From Acidimicrobiia bacterium (GTDB taxonomy: Bacteria > Actinomycetota > Acidimicrobiia > Acidimicrobiales > SZUA-35), in contig JAOTYQ010000003.1 in the NCBI GenBank assembly GCA_029861725.1, positions 1 to 35,584 of the forward strand: 35,584 nt of DNA, in the 5' to 3' direction. The notes below the pieces were generated by a model. The model did not search any database. It saw only the letters and a list, made by a program, of their open reading frames with translations, and had not been told where the DNA came from. Within the stretch, counting starts at the first letter, position 1, and each line of letters opens with the position of its first letter. A program made the position numbers and the translations under genes. Positions 26,838 to 35,064 of this stretch are shown piece by piece.

Positions 26838-27506
26838 ATGCCCCCAATCCTACGCCCCGGACGACGCCGGAGCCTCGTCGTCGTCCTGGTGGTCCTGGCG
26901 GTGATCGCCAGCGCCTGCGGCGAATCGTCGAGCGATACCGCTACCGCTGCCCCCGCTTCCGTCGACGACGAAGCCACCGCCCCGGCCCGGGCCGAGAGCT
27001 CGACGACGACCGGCCGATCGACCGCCGTTGAGCCCGACGATGGTGGCGAGGGCGGAGATGATGCGGTCGCGAGCGAGTCCGACCCCGGCGAGAACCTCTT
27101 CCCCGACGTCGATGTCGTCAACGTGGCCGATGGCGCCACGATCAACCTGGCCGGCGAGCTCGGCGGTGGCGATCTCCCCGTTCTGCTCTGGTTCTGGGCG
27201 CCCCATTGACCCTTCTGCCGGGCCGAGGGCCCGGCCGTCGAGCAGTTCGCTCAGCAGCACGGTGACAAAGTCCGGGTCGTCGGCATGGGCGCCCAGGACA
27301 GCCTCGATCAGGCCGTCGAGTTCGTGGCCACCACCGGTGTCGAGACCCCGCTGATGCTCTGGGACACCGGCTTCGACTCCTGGATCTATTACGGGGTCAA
27401 CGGCCAGCCGATCGCGATCCTCGTCGACGCCGATGGCAACCCGCTGCAGGGATGGAGGGGCCCGTTCGATGTCGACGAGGTGCTTCGGCTCGCCGCCGAG
27501 GTGTGA
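26838..27506 (+). CDS. Selenocysteine-containing thioredoxin-fold lipoprotein (TlpA/DsbE/ResA-like, UxxC), 222 aa with UGA read as Sec
   Basis: Lipobox IASA-C. PVLLWFWAPH-TGA(27207-27209)-PFCRAEGPAV continues in frame into VRVVGMG..YYGVNGQPIAILVDADG (cis-Pro region). The TGA sits at the first Cys of CxxC, and a SECIS-like hairpin follows. Confidence 0.87.
27217..27235 (+). promoter_or_regulatory. Putative bacterial SECIS element
   Basis: Perfect stem GCCGGGCC/GGCCCGGC with a GAG loop. The stem starts 8 nt after the UGA and the loop G is 16 nt downstream. Confidence 0.72.
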
Positions 27507-27632
27507 ACGACGCCGACTTGCACGCCCCGCCAACGCGGTCGTCCCGGACCCGGCCGGTAGGGGTGGAGATCCCCGAGTAGAGGGCGTAGTCTGCTGCGGC
27601 CGGCGTCCCCGAGCGTTCCAAGGGAGATCCTC

Positions 27633-27827
27633 ATGAAAGTCGTGGTCGATTTCGATCTTTGCGAGAGCAACGCCGTGTGCATGGGCATCGCCCCGGAGGT
27701 GTTCGAGGTGCGGGACGACGACTTCCTGTACATCCTCGACGAGCACCCTCCGCCCGAGCTCCACGACAAGGTGCGGGAGGCGGCCGAGCGCTGCCCGAAG
27801 CAGGCGATCAAGCTAGAGGACGACTGA
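27633..27827 (+). CDS. Ferredoxin ([3Fe-4S]-type, actinobacterial)
   Basis: VDFDLCESNAVCMGIAPEVF...CPKQAI (CxxNxxC...CP). AAGGGAG RBS. Confidence 0.93.
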   Translation: MKVVVDFDLCESNAVCMGIAPEVFEVRDDDFLYILDEHPPPELHDKVREAAERCPKQAIKLEDD

Positions 27828-27863
27828 GCGGCCGGCTCCACACCGAGCCGGCACGCCCCTCCG

Positions 27864-29114
27864 ATGCAACGAGTAGCCGTCATCGGTGCGTCGCTTGCTG
27901 GGCTGCACGCCGTCCAGGCGCTGCGCCGTGGTGACTACGACGGGCATATCGTCCTCGTCGGCGCGGAGCCGCACTACCCGTACGACAGGCCACCGCTATC
28001 GAAGAGCGTGCTCACCGACGACAGCGTCGACGAGTCCCGGCTGCGGCTCCGGCCGGCGGCCGATCCCGACGCGCTCGGGGTCGAGTGGCGGCTCGGCTCG
28101 ACCGCGGTGGGCGTCGACTCGCTCCCGACCGGCGACGGTCCGGCCCGGATCCGGCTCGACGACGGCCGCGGCAAGAGAGGTCCCGTCGTCGAGGCCGACG
28201 GCCTGATCATCGCCACCGGAGCCCGAGCTCGGCCCCTTCCGTCCTCCGAGGGCATCGCTGGCGTTCACCTGCTCCGCACGCTCGATGACGCTCTCGCCCT
28301 CCGAGCCGCGCTGATCTCCGAGCCCGGCCCGGTCGTCGTGATCGGCTGCGGCTTCATCGGCGCCGAAGTGGCCGCGTCGGCCCGCACCCGTGGGCTCGAC
28401 GTCACGATCGTCGAGGCCGCGCCGGCACCGCTGCTCCGGGTCCTCGACGAAGCGGCGGGGATGGCGATCGCCGACCTGCACCGAGAGCACGGCGCCGCCG
28501 TCCACCTCGGTGTGGGCGTCGAAGAGATCACCACGGCCGAAACCGCGACAGGACCGAGCGTCGAGGCCGTGCGGCTCACCGACGGGACCTCGCTCCCCGC
28601 GGCCGTCGTCGTCGTCGGCATCGGCGTCATCCCCAACACGGAATGGCTCGAGAGCTCGGGCCTGGTGATCGACGACGGTGTCGTTACCGACGAGACGTGC
28701 CTCGCCGCTCCGGGCGTGGTCGCGGTCGGCGACGTCGCTCGCTGGCCCAACCGCCGCTTCGGCGGCCGGCTCTCCCGGGTGGAGCAGTGGGACAACGCAG
28801 TCGAGATGGGGAGCTACGGTGGATCCCGGCTCCTCGCCTGGGCCACCGGCCGACCGGTCGAACCGTTCGAGCCGGTCCCGTGGTTCTGGTCGGACCAGTA
28901 TGACCGGAAGATCCAGCTGGCGGGCGTGCCGGCGCCGAACGCCGAGATCGTCCAGGGCTCGATCGCCGAGCGCCGGTTCGTACAGCTCTACACCGACGAC
29001 GACGACCTGGTCACCGGGGCGCTCTGCTGGAACCGCCCCCGTCAAGCGATCATGGCCCGCCAGCTGATCGGTCAGGGGGCGAAGACCAGCGAGATCCGGG
29101 ACGCGCTCAGCTGA
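27864..29114 (+). CDS. NAD(P)H:ferredoxin reductase (putidaredoxin reductase-like)
   Basis: GASLAG, PYDRPPLSK, IATGA, LRTLDDA, IGCGFIGAE, VGD, PWFWSDQY. Confidence 0.93.
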   Translation: MQRVAVIGASLAGLHAVQALRRGDYDGHIVLVGAEPHYPYDRPPLSKSVLTDDSVDESRLRLRPAADPDALGVEWRLGSTAVGVDSLPTGDGPARIRLDDGRGKRGPVVEADGLIIATGARARPLPSSEGIAGVHLLRTLDDALALRAALISEPGPVVVIGCGFIGAEVAASARTRGLDVTIVEAAPAPLLRVLDEAAGMAIADLHREHGAAVHLGVGVEEITTAETATGPSVEAVRLTDGTSLPAAVVVVGIGVIPNTEWLESSGLVIDDGVVTDETCLAAPGVVAVGDVARWPNRRFGGRLSRVEQWDNAVEMGSYGGSRLLAWATGRPVEPFEPVPWFWSDQYDRKIQLAGVPAPNAEIVQGSIAERRFVQLYTDDDDLVTGALCWNRPRQAIMARQLIGQGAKTSEIRDALS

Positions 29115-29133
29115 TGGCGATCGGGCAGCGCCG

Positions 29134-29679
29134 GTGAGCAGCGACCCCGATGCTGGAGGCGGGCCGACCGGAGGCGAGCTGGTCGAGGTCGTCGCTGCCG
29201 ACGGCACGGTCGTCGACGTGGTGACCCGGGGCGAGATGCGAGCGAGAAACCTCCGCCACCGTTGCACCTACGTGTCGATCGTGACGAGCGACGATCGACT
29301 CATCGTCCATCAGCGGGCCGACTGGAAAGACGTCTTCCCTTCGTACTGGGACGTCTGCTTCGGGGGGATCGCCGGCGTCGGCGAGGCATGGGAGATCGCC
29401 GCCAGGAGGGAGCTCGCCGAGGAGGCCGGGGTGGACGACGTCGCTCTCACCGAGCTCGGCTCCGTCGCCTACGACGAGGACGACGGGAGGCTCGTCGGCC
29501 GGGTCTATGTCGCACGCTTCGACGGCGCGCTGAGCTGCCCGGACGGTGAAGTGGTCGCGGTCGACTCGGTCCCGTTGGCCGACCTCGACCGGTGGCTCGC
29601 TGGCCGGTCGGTCTGCCCCGATTCGGCCCAGCTGGCCCTGCCGCTGGTGCGAGCCCACCTCGAGAGCCAGCCTTCTTAA
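29134..29679 (+). CDS. NUDIX hydrolase (YfcD/IDI-like)
   Basis: HQRADWKDVFPSYWD and Nudix box GG..GVGE....AARRELAEEAG. Confidence 0.9.
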   Translation: MSSDPDAGGGPTGGELVEVVAADGTVVDVVTRGEMRARNLRHRCTYVSIVTSDDRLIVHQRADWKDVFPSYWDVCFGGIAGVGEAWEIAARRELAEEAGVDDVALTELGSVAYDEDDGRLVGRVYVARFDGALSCPDGEVVAVDSVPLADLDRWLAGRSVCPDSAQLALPLVRAHLESQPS

Positions 29680-29691
29680 CGGCTGCTTAAC
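29675..29691 (+). promoter_or_regulatory. OmpR/PhoB-type direct-repeat box
   Basis: CTTAAC-N5-CTTAAC (11-bp period), AT-rich in a 70% GC context, upstream of an OmpR-family response regulator. Confidence 0.55.
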
Positions 29692-29721
29692 TTCTGCCGG
29701 CGGGGAAGCCTCCCGGTGCCG

Positions 29722-29788
29722 GGTGTGGTTCGGTTGAGCCGTGGCCTCCCTGTCGTGTCCACCGACTTCCCTCTCCCAACCGAACACC
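29722..29788 (+). ncRNA. Candidate structured RNA (sRNA or 5' leader)
   Basis: GTTCGGTTG (29728-29736) pairs perfectly with CAACCGAAC (29777-29785), and the stem can be extended. The enclosed region has CCTCCC and TTCCCTCTCCC tracts. Confidence 0.3.
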
Positions 29789-29836
29789 TCGTCGGCCCTC
29801 CGGCCGGATCCCTCGCCGTCTACTACGGTGACCGGC

Positions 29837-30532
29837 GTGACGTCCTTCGGGCCGCCCGACGTCCTGATCGTCGACGACGAGCCGCAGGTGCGCGAAGTCG
29901 TCGCCACCTACCTCGAGCGCGAGGGGTTCTCAGTCCGCTCGGCTGCCGACGGTCGAGAAGCCCTGGCCGAGATCGCCATGAAGCGTCCCGACGCCCTCGT
30001 CCTCGATCTGATGCTCCCCGAGGTGAACGGCCTCGAAGTGCTGCGGAAGCTCCGAGCCGGTGGTGACGAGGTGCCGGTGATCGTACTCAGCGCCCGGGGG
30101 ACCGAGCCCGACCGGGTGGCCGGGCTGGAGCTCGGAGCCGATGACTACGTTGCCAAGCCGGCCTCGCCACGCGAGATCGCAGCCCGGGTTCGAGCCGTGC
30201 TGCGCCGGTCCCGCACAACCGGCCCTCGCACACTGTCGTTCGGATCGGTCGAGGTCGACGTCGGCTCCCGCCAGGTGACCAAGGCCGGCGAGCAGGTCGA
30301 GCTCCGACCCAAGGAGTTCGACCTGCTCGTCAGGTTGGCCTCGACGCCCGGCGAGGTCATGAGCCGCCAAGACCTGCTCCGCGACGTCTGGGGCTCGAGC
30401 TCGGAGTGGCAAGACCCGGGGACGGTGACCGTGCATGTCCGCCGCCTTCGGCGAGCGATCGAGAACGACCCGGCCAACCCCGATTTCATCGTCACCGTGT
30501 ACGGCATCGGCTACCGCTTCGATGGCGACTGA
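29837..30532 (+). CDS. OmpR/PhoB-family response regulator
   Basis: VLIVDDE, LDLMLP (phospho-Asp), LSA, GADDYVAKP, winged helix LRPKEFDLL..TVTVHVRRLR..TVYGIGYRF. Start GTG 29837 or 29828. Confidence 0.95.
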   Translation: MTSFGPPDVLIVDDEPQVREVVATYLEREGFSVRSAADGREALAEIAMKRPDALVLDLMLPEVNGLEVLRKLRAGGDEVPVIVLSARGTEPDRVAGLELGADDYVAKPASPREIAARVRAVLRRSRTTGPRTLSFGSVEVDVGSRQVTKAGEQVELRPKEFDLLVRLASTPGEVMSRQDLLRDVWGSSSEWQDPGTVTVHVRRLRRAIENDPANPDFIVTVYGIGYRFDGD

Positions 30533-30570
30533 GCATCGACGGAGACCGGGCTGACCCCCATGATGGGAGG

Positions 30571-31824
30571 ATGATGTTCGACGTCGATCTGCCGACGGTG
30601 GCCATGCCGGTCATGGAGGATGGTCCCTCCGTCGTGCTGTTCGTCGCAGCCGTCGTCGCAGTGTCGCTCCTGGCCGCGGTTTCGCTGCCACCGCTGTTCC
30701 GCCGCTTGCCGCTGAAGTACGGCGTCCCGGCCCTCGCTCTGATCGGTCCGGTCCTGGCCATCGTTGGCAGCTTGATCGGGACCGGTGCCATGACGCTGTC
30801 GGGTCACGACATCTGGTACGCCCTGCTCGTCGCCTTCTGCACCGGGGCCGCGGCGATCGTGGTCGGTCTCCGCCTCGCCCGCCCGGTCGCCCGCGATCTC
30901 GACATCGTGGCCGGCGCGGTCGAAGCGGTCGCAGACGGCGACCGAGGGGCCCGTACCGGGATCGAGCGAGCCGACGAGATCGGGAAGCTGGCGTCCGCGG
31001 TCGACGAGCTGAGCCGGTCGCTGGCCAGAGCCGAGACCGAGCGGTCGGCCGCCGACGAGGAGCGCCGATCGGTCGTCAGCGCCCTCAGTCACGATCTGCG
31101 AACGCCGCTCGCATCACTGCTGGTCTCGGTCGACGCCCTCGCCGACGGCGTCGGCGACCCGGAGAACCACATCGGCGCGATGCGGGGCAATGTCCTGGCC
31201 CTCGAGCATCTCGTGGGAGACCTGTTCCTCCTCGCCCGGGCCGACTCGGGGAGCCTCGCCCTCGGGTACGAGGACCTCGACCTGGCGGAGCTGATCGATG
31301 AGGCGGTGGAAGCGGTAGAGCCGATCGCGTCGGTCAAGGGCGTGCTGGTCGAGGCCGAGCTGGCAGGACCCATACCCGTCATCGGAGACGATCGCGCCCT
31401 CGGACGGGTGTTGCGCAACCTGCTGGACAACGCGATCCGCCACTCACCCGACCAGGGTGCGGTCTCGATCCTCGATCGCTCCGAGGGCGACATCGCCCGC
31501 ATTGCGGTCCTCGACGAGGGCGGCGGGTTCCCGGAGTCGTTCGTACCCCAGGCGTTCGATCGCTTCTCCCGGGCCGACGACGCCCGTAGCCGTCACGGCG
31601 GGGCCGGGTTGGGGCTCGCCATCGCTCGCACGTTGCTCGATGCCCACGACGGAGCGATCGAGATCATCCCGGGTGCGGGGGGAGTGGTCGTGGTCGAGCT
31701 GCCGCTCGCCGTGGGGCCGGATCGGGCGGACGGCGAGCGCCAGCCGGCGTCTCGCTCGCTGGCTAGACGGCCACCAGCCACGGCCGATGGTCGGGACCGA
31801 CGGCGAGCTCGATCAGATCGGTGA
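30571..31824 (+). CDS. HAMP-domain sensor histidine kinase
   Basis: Three TM segments, HAMP (DEIGKLA), H-box SHDLRTPL, N-box NLLDNAIRH, DEGGG, FDRF, GAGLGLAI. Confidence 0.95.
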   Translation: MMFDVDLPTVAMPVMEDGPSVVLFVAAVVAVSLLAAVSLPPLFRRLPLKYGVPALALIGPVLAIVGSLIGTGAMTLSGHDIWYALLVAFCTGAAAIVVGLRLARPVARDLDIVAGAVEAVADGDRGARTGIERADEIGKLASAVDELSRSLARAETERSAADEERRSVVSALSHDLRTPLASLLVSVDALADGVGDPENHIGAMRGNVLALEHLVGDLFLLARADSGSLALGYEDLDLAELIDEAVEAVEPIASVKGVLVEAELAGPIPVIGDDRALGRVLRNLLDNAIRHSPDQGAVSILDRSEGDIARIAVLDEGGGFPESFVPQAFDRFSRADDARSRHGGAGLGLAIARTLLDAHDGAIEIIPGAGGVVVVELPLAVGPDRADGERQPASRSLARRPPATADGRDRRRARSDR

Positions 31825-32515
31825 AGGGGGCCGACGGTCCGCATCCGAGCTGGGATCGCAGCAGCGCTGCGAACGACTCGTACTGGCGGTTGGCGTCGAA
31901 CAGGTTCCCGTTGGCGAGGTGGGCCTCGACGACGATGCGATGGGCGCTCTCGCGGAGCGGGTCGATCGCCACGGCGGCCAGCGCCAACTGGATCGCCTGA
32001 GCCATGCGGCCTCGCTTCAGGGCGATCACCGCACCCTCCTCCAAGGCGCCAAGCCGGAACTGACGCAATCGCTCGCGTTCGATCGTGAGCCAGTCGTCGT
32101 ACCAGTCGGGCAGGAGGTCGGAGTCGAGGGCCTGGAACGGGAGCGCAGCGGCCACGATCGAGTCGTCGGCGGCGTCGGCCAGCTCGGCGATCCCGTGCCG
32201 GATATCGACCCAGACGTCCGGAGCAAGCCGGAGGTGGGACTTCGTGGCCACCACCAGCTCGGCTGGAACCTTGCCGAGGCGCCACAGGGCCGAGCGGAGG
32301 TTGGCCTTGGCCCGGTGCTCGTCGTTGCACGGCCACAACTGGAACGCCGTGTAAGACCGCTCAGCCCCTCGAGGAGTGAGGGCGATGAAGGCGAGGAGGC
32401 GTTGGGCGGCCGGGGTCACGTCGACGCCGGCTCCATCGATGATGAGCCCGAAGCCGCCGAGCAACCGTAGCTCGATCCGAGCGCTCTCCACTCGGTCCCG
32501 CACCTGGTTCCCCAC
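31763..32515 (-). CDS. SARP/AfsR-type regulator with BTAD domain
   Basis: LRLLGGF, RLLAFIAL, LWP, NLRSALWRL, LLPDWYDDWL..ERERLRQ, DPLRESAHR. GTG 32515 with GAGGAGG RBS. Confidence 0.88.
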   Translation of the reverse strand: MGNQVRDRVESARIELRLLGGFGLIIDGAGVDVTPAAQRLLAFIALTPRGAERSYTAFQLWPCNDEHRAKANLRSALWRLGKVPAELVVATKSHLRLAPDVWVDIRHGIAELADAADDSIVAAALPFQALDSDLLPDWYDDWLTIERERLRQFRLGALEEGAVIALKRGRMAQAIQLALAAVAIDPLRESAHRIVVEAHLANGNLFDANRQYESFAALLRSQLGCGPSAPFTDLIELAVGPDHRPWLVAV

Positions 32516-32684
32516 GTCGTCCTCCTCGTCCGCCCTCGGTAGGCCTTCGAAGTACAGAGGGAACCTCGCCAGCAGAAATACACCGAAATCGAGACCGGGA
32601 TCGGGTTGGGGATGATCCCGCGACACGGGAGCGTTGGCAGCCCGACCCGGCGAGGAGGCGACCGACGACGGTATCGTCGAATCG

Positions 32685-33755
32685 ATGGTGACGGACTCCG
32701 ACACCGAGCTGGTCCGGCAGCGGTTCACCCTCGGTCAGCAGTGGCCGACGATCGATCCGTTCCTGTTCGTCGCCCATCACGACGACGCCTACCCGGCCGG
32801 CACGAGCGATCTCGGCCCGGCAGCATCGCTGGCCGGGCGCCGCATCGGGATGGACTTCGATCTGGTCGACGGGTGGAACATGTACCACGGATCGACCGTT
32901 CCCGGGTTTCCCCAGCACCCCCACCGCGGGTTCGAGACGATCACCCACGTCCGGACCGGGGTCATCGATCACGCAGACTCGCTCGGAGCCACCGCACGAT
33001 TCGGAGGGGGCGACACGCAGTGGATGACCGCGGGGGCCGGGATCGTGCACGCCGAGATGTTCCCCCTGCTCGACCCAGACGGCCCAAACCCGCTCGAGCT
33101 GTTCCAGATCTGGCTCAACCTGCCGGCCGCCGACAAGCTCGTCGAGCCCTACTTCACGATGCTCTGGAACGAGCGGACGCCGCGCCTGCACACCGAGACG
33201 GCGCCGAAGTCGTTGGCTGAGATCACCGTCATCGCCGGCCGTTTGGCGATCACCGGTGGCGAGCCGATCGAGCCGTTGCCTCCGCCGCCCGACTCATGGG
33301 CTGCCCGTCCCGAGGCCGACGTGGCCATCTGGCACGTCACCATCACCGGCGACGGCACACTGGACCTGCCACCGGCGGCCGGTCCCGGCACCCGGCGTAC
33401 GCTCTATGTCTTCGGGGGCACGATCATGACGATCGGCTCGACCGACGGCGCCGAGGCGCCGAGCGAGCTCCCGGCCGGGACCGGGGCCGAGGTCGTCGCT
33501 GACCGCGCCCTGCGGCTCGGGGCCGAAGGCGGCACGGTCGAGGGCCTGCTGCTGCAGGGCCGACCGATCGGCGATCCGGTCGTCCAGCACGGCCCGTTCG
33601 TGATGAACGACCGGGCCGGAATCGTCCAGGCGTTCGACGACTACCAGCGGACCGGCTTCGGCGGCTGGCCATGGCCCAGCGACGATCCGGTACATGATCG
33701 GGCCGCTGGACGTTTCGCTCGCCACGCCGACGGGCGCCTGGAGCGGATGGGCTGA
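32685..33755 (+). CDS. Pirin-family protein
   Basis: DPFLF, PGFPQHPHRGFETIT, DHADSLG, QWMTAGAGIVHAE, FQIWLNLP, HGPFVMN. Confidence 0.95.
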   Translation: MVTDSDTELVRQRFTLGQQWPTIDPFLFVAHHDDAYPAGTSDLGPAASLAGRRIGMDFDLVDGWNMYHGSTVPGFPQHPHRGFETITHVRTGVIDHADSLGATARFGGGDTQWMTAGAGIVHAEMFPLLDPDGPNPLELFQIWLNLPAADKLVEPYFTMLWNERTPRLHTETAPKSLAEITVIAGRLAITGGEPIEPLPPPPDSWAARPEADVAIWHVTITGDGTLDLPPAAGPGTRRTLYVFGGTIMTIGSTDGAEAPSELPAGTGAEVVADRALRLGAEGGTVEGLLLQGRPIGDPVVQHGPFVMNDRAGIVQAFDDYQRTGFGGWPWPSDDPVHDRAAGRFARHADGRLERMG

Positions 33756-33783
33756 GCCGGCTCCTCATGCGTGCTCACGCCGG

Positions 33784-35064
33784 TCACGTGACGACGCCGC
33801 GACGGCGCAGGTCGCCGATGACCGAGCCGAGGCCGATCTCGGCGAGTACCTCATCGGTGTGCTGGCCGAAGGTCGGCGAGGGGCCGGCGATCCGGGTCGG
33901 GGTCCGCTCCATCAGGAACGGCATCCCGACGGTGCGATAGCTACCGAAGACCGGGTGCTCGAGATCGGTCACGAAGCCGTTGACCTCCGCCTGCTCCTCC
34001 CTGATCGACTCGACCGGGGTGTTGTACCGGCTCGACGGCACGCCAGCCTCTCGCAAGACCTCCAACCAGTCGGCAGTGCTCCTGGAGCGGAACACCGCCT
34101 CGGCCGCGGCCACGACGGTCTGGAACCCTGGATCCTCGACGGCGCTCGGATCGCTGGGACGGGCGACACCGGTCACCTCGTGGAACTTGGCGATCAGGCC
34201 CGCGCTCAAGCCCGCAATCGCGATCAGCCCATCGCTGGTCCCGTAGTGACGGAAGTAGAGCTGGAAGGCTCCCTGCCCGGCCAGCACTCGGGTCTCGTAC
34301 AGCTCTCGCTGGCCGTCGAAGTCCACGCCGGCGGAGCGGAGGTGGCGGAGGTCCTCCTCGAACTCGGCGATCGGCTCCCGATCGACCGCATCGAAGAAGC
34401 CGACGATCGGGGTGCTCAGCCCGAACGCCGTCCCGAGCAGCGACGTGTCCACCCGCTGGCCCTCGCCGGTCAGGTCGCGGTGCCGCAGCGCGGCGACGGC
34501 GGCCAGCGCCGACACCATGCCGGTGCCGAAGTCGTTGACCGCCGGTCGGGTCGGGAGCGGGACGCCGCCGCTCGAGCGGTTCATGATGAACCCCATACCG
34601 CTGAACGCCTGGACGAGCACGTCGTACCCACCCTGCTCCGCATCCGGCCCGTCCGGGCCGAAGGCGGTGTGGACGACGTAGACGATGGAGGGGTTGCTCT
34701 CCTGCGCCGATCGATAGTCGATGCCGAACCGCTCGAGGTCGGATTGCTTGAACGCGACGAGGGCGATGTCGGCCCACCGGAACAGCCCGTCGAGCACGTC
34801 AGCCGATCCGGGAGCGTCGAGGTCGAGGGCGAGCGCCCGCTTGCCCGGGTTGATCGTGGCGTAGGCCTTGGACTCCAGCGGGCCGAGCTGAGCGAGACGA
34901 CGCATGGCGTCGCCCCCCGGCGGCTCCACCTTGACCACGTCGGCTCCCATACCGGCGAGCAGGCGCCCGCAGTAGGGGATCGCTGCGTTCTGGGCCAACT
35001 CGACGACCCTCGTGCCCGCCAGCGCACCGGTGCCGGCCTGGGGGACGGCGTCGTCAGCGGTCAC
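33784..35064 (-). CDS. CaiB/BaiF family CoA-transferase (family III)
   Basis: ALAGTRVVEL, MGADVVKVEPPGGD, NPGKR, GYDVLVQAFSG, catalytic D in VNDFGTG, GQRVDTSL, PTFGQHT. Confidence 0.92.
   Translation of the reverse strand: MTADDAVPQAGTGALAGTRVVELAQNAAIPYCGRLLAGMGADVVKVEPPGGDAMRRLAQLGPLESKAYATINPGKRALALDLDAPGSADVLDGLFRWADIALVAFKQSDLERFGIDYRSAQESNPSIVYVVHTAFGPDGPDAEQGGYDVLVQAFSGMGFIMNRSSGGVPLPTRPAVNDFGTGMVSALAAVAALRHRDLTGEGQRVDTSLLGTAFGLSTPIVGFFDAVDREPIAEFEEDLRHLRSAGVDFDGQRELYETRVLAGQGAFQLYFRHYGTSDGLIAIAGLSAGLIAKFHEVTGVARPSDPSAVEDPGFQTVVAAAEAVFRSRSTADWLEVLREAGVPSSRYNTPVESIREEQAEVNGFVTDLEHPVFGSYRTVGMPFLMERTPTRIAGPSPTFGQHTDEVLAEIGLGSVIGDLRRRGVVT

Noticed and set aside
26805-27506. Calling the redoxin a nonsense pseudogene or two small genes
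   Set aside because: The only interruption is a TGA exactly at the catalytic Cys codon, both halves are intact and in frame, and a SECIS-like stem follows. Sec is the more economical explanation.
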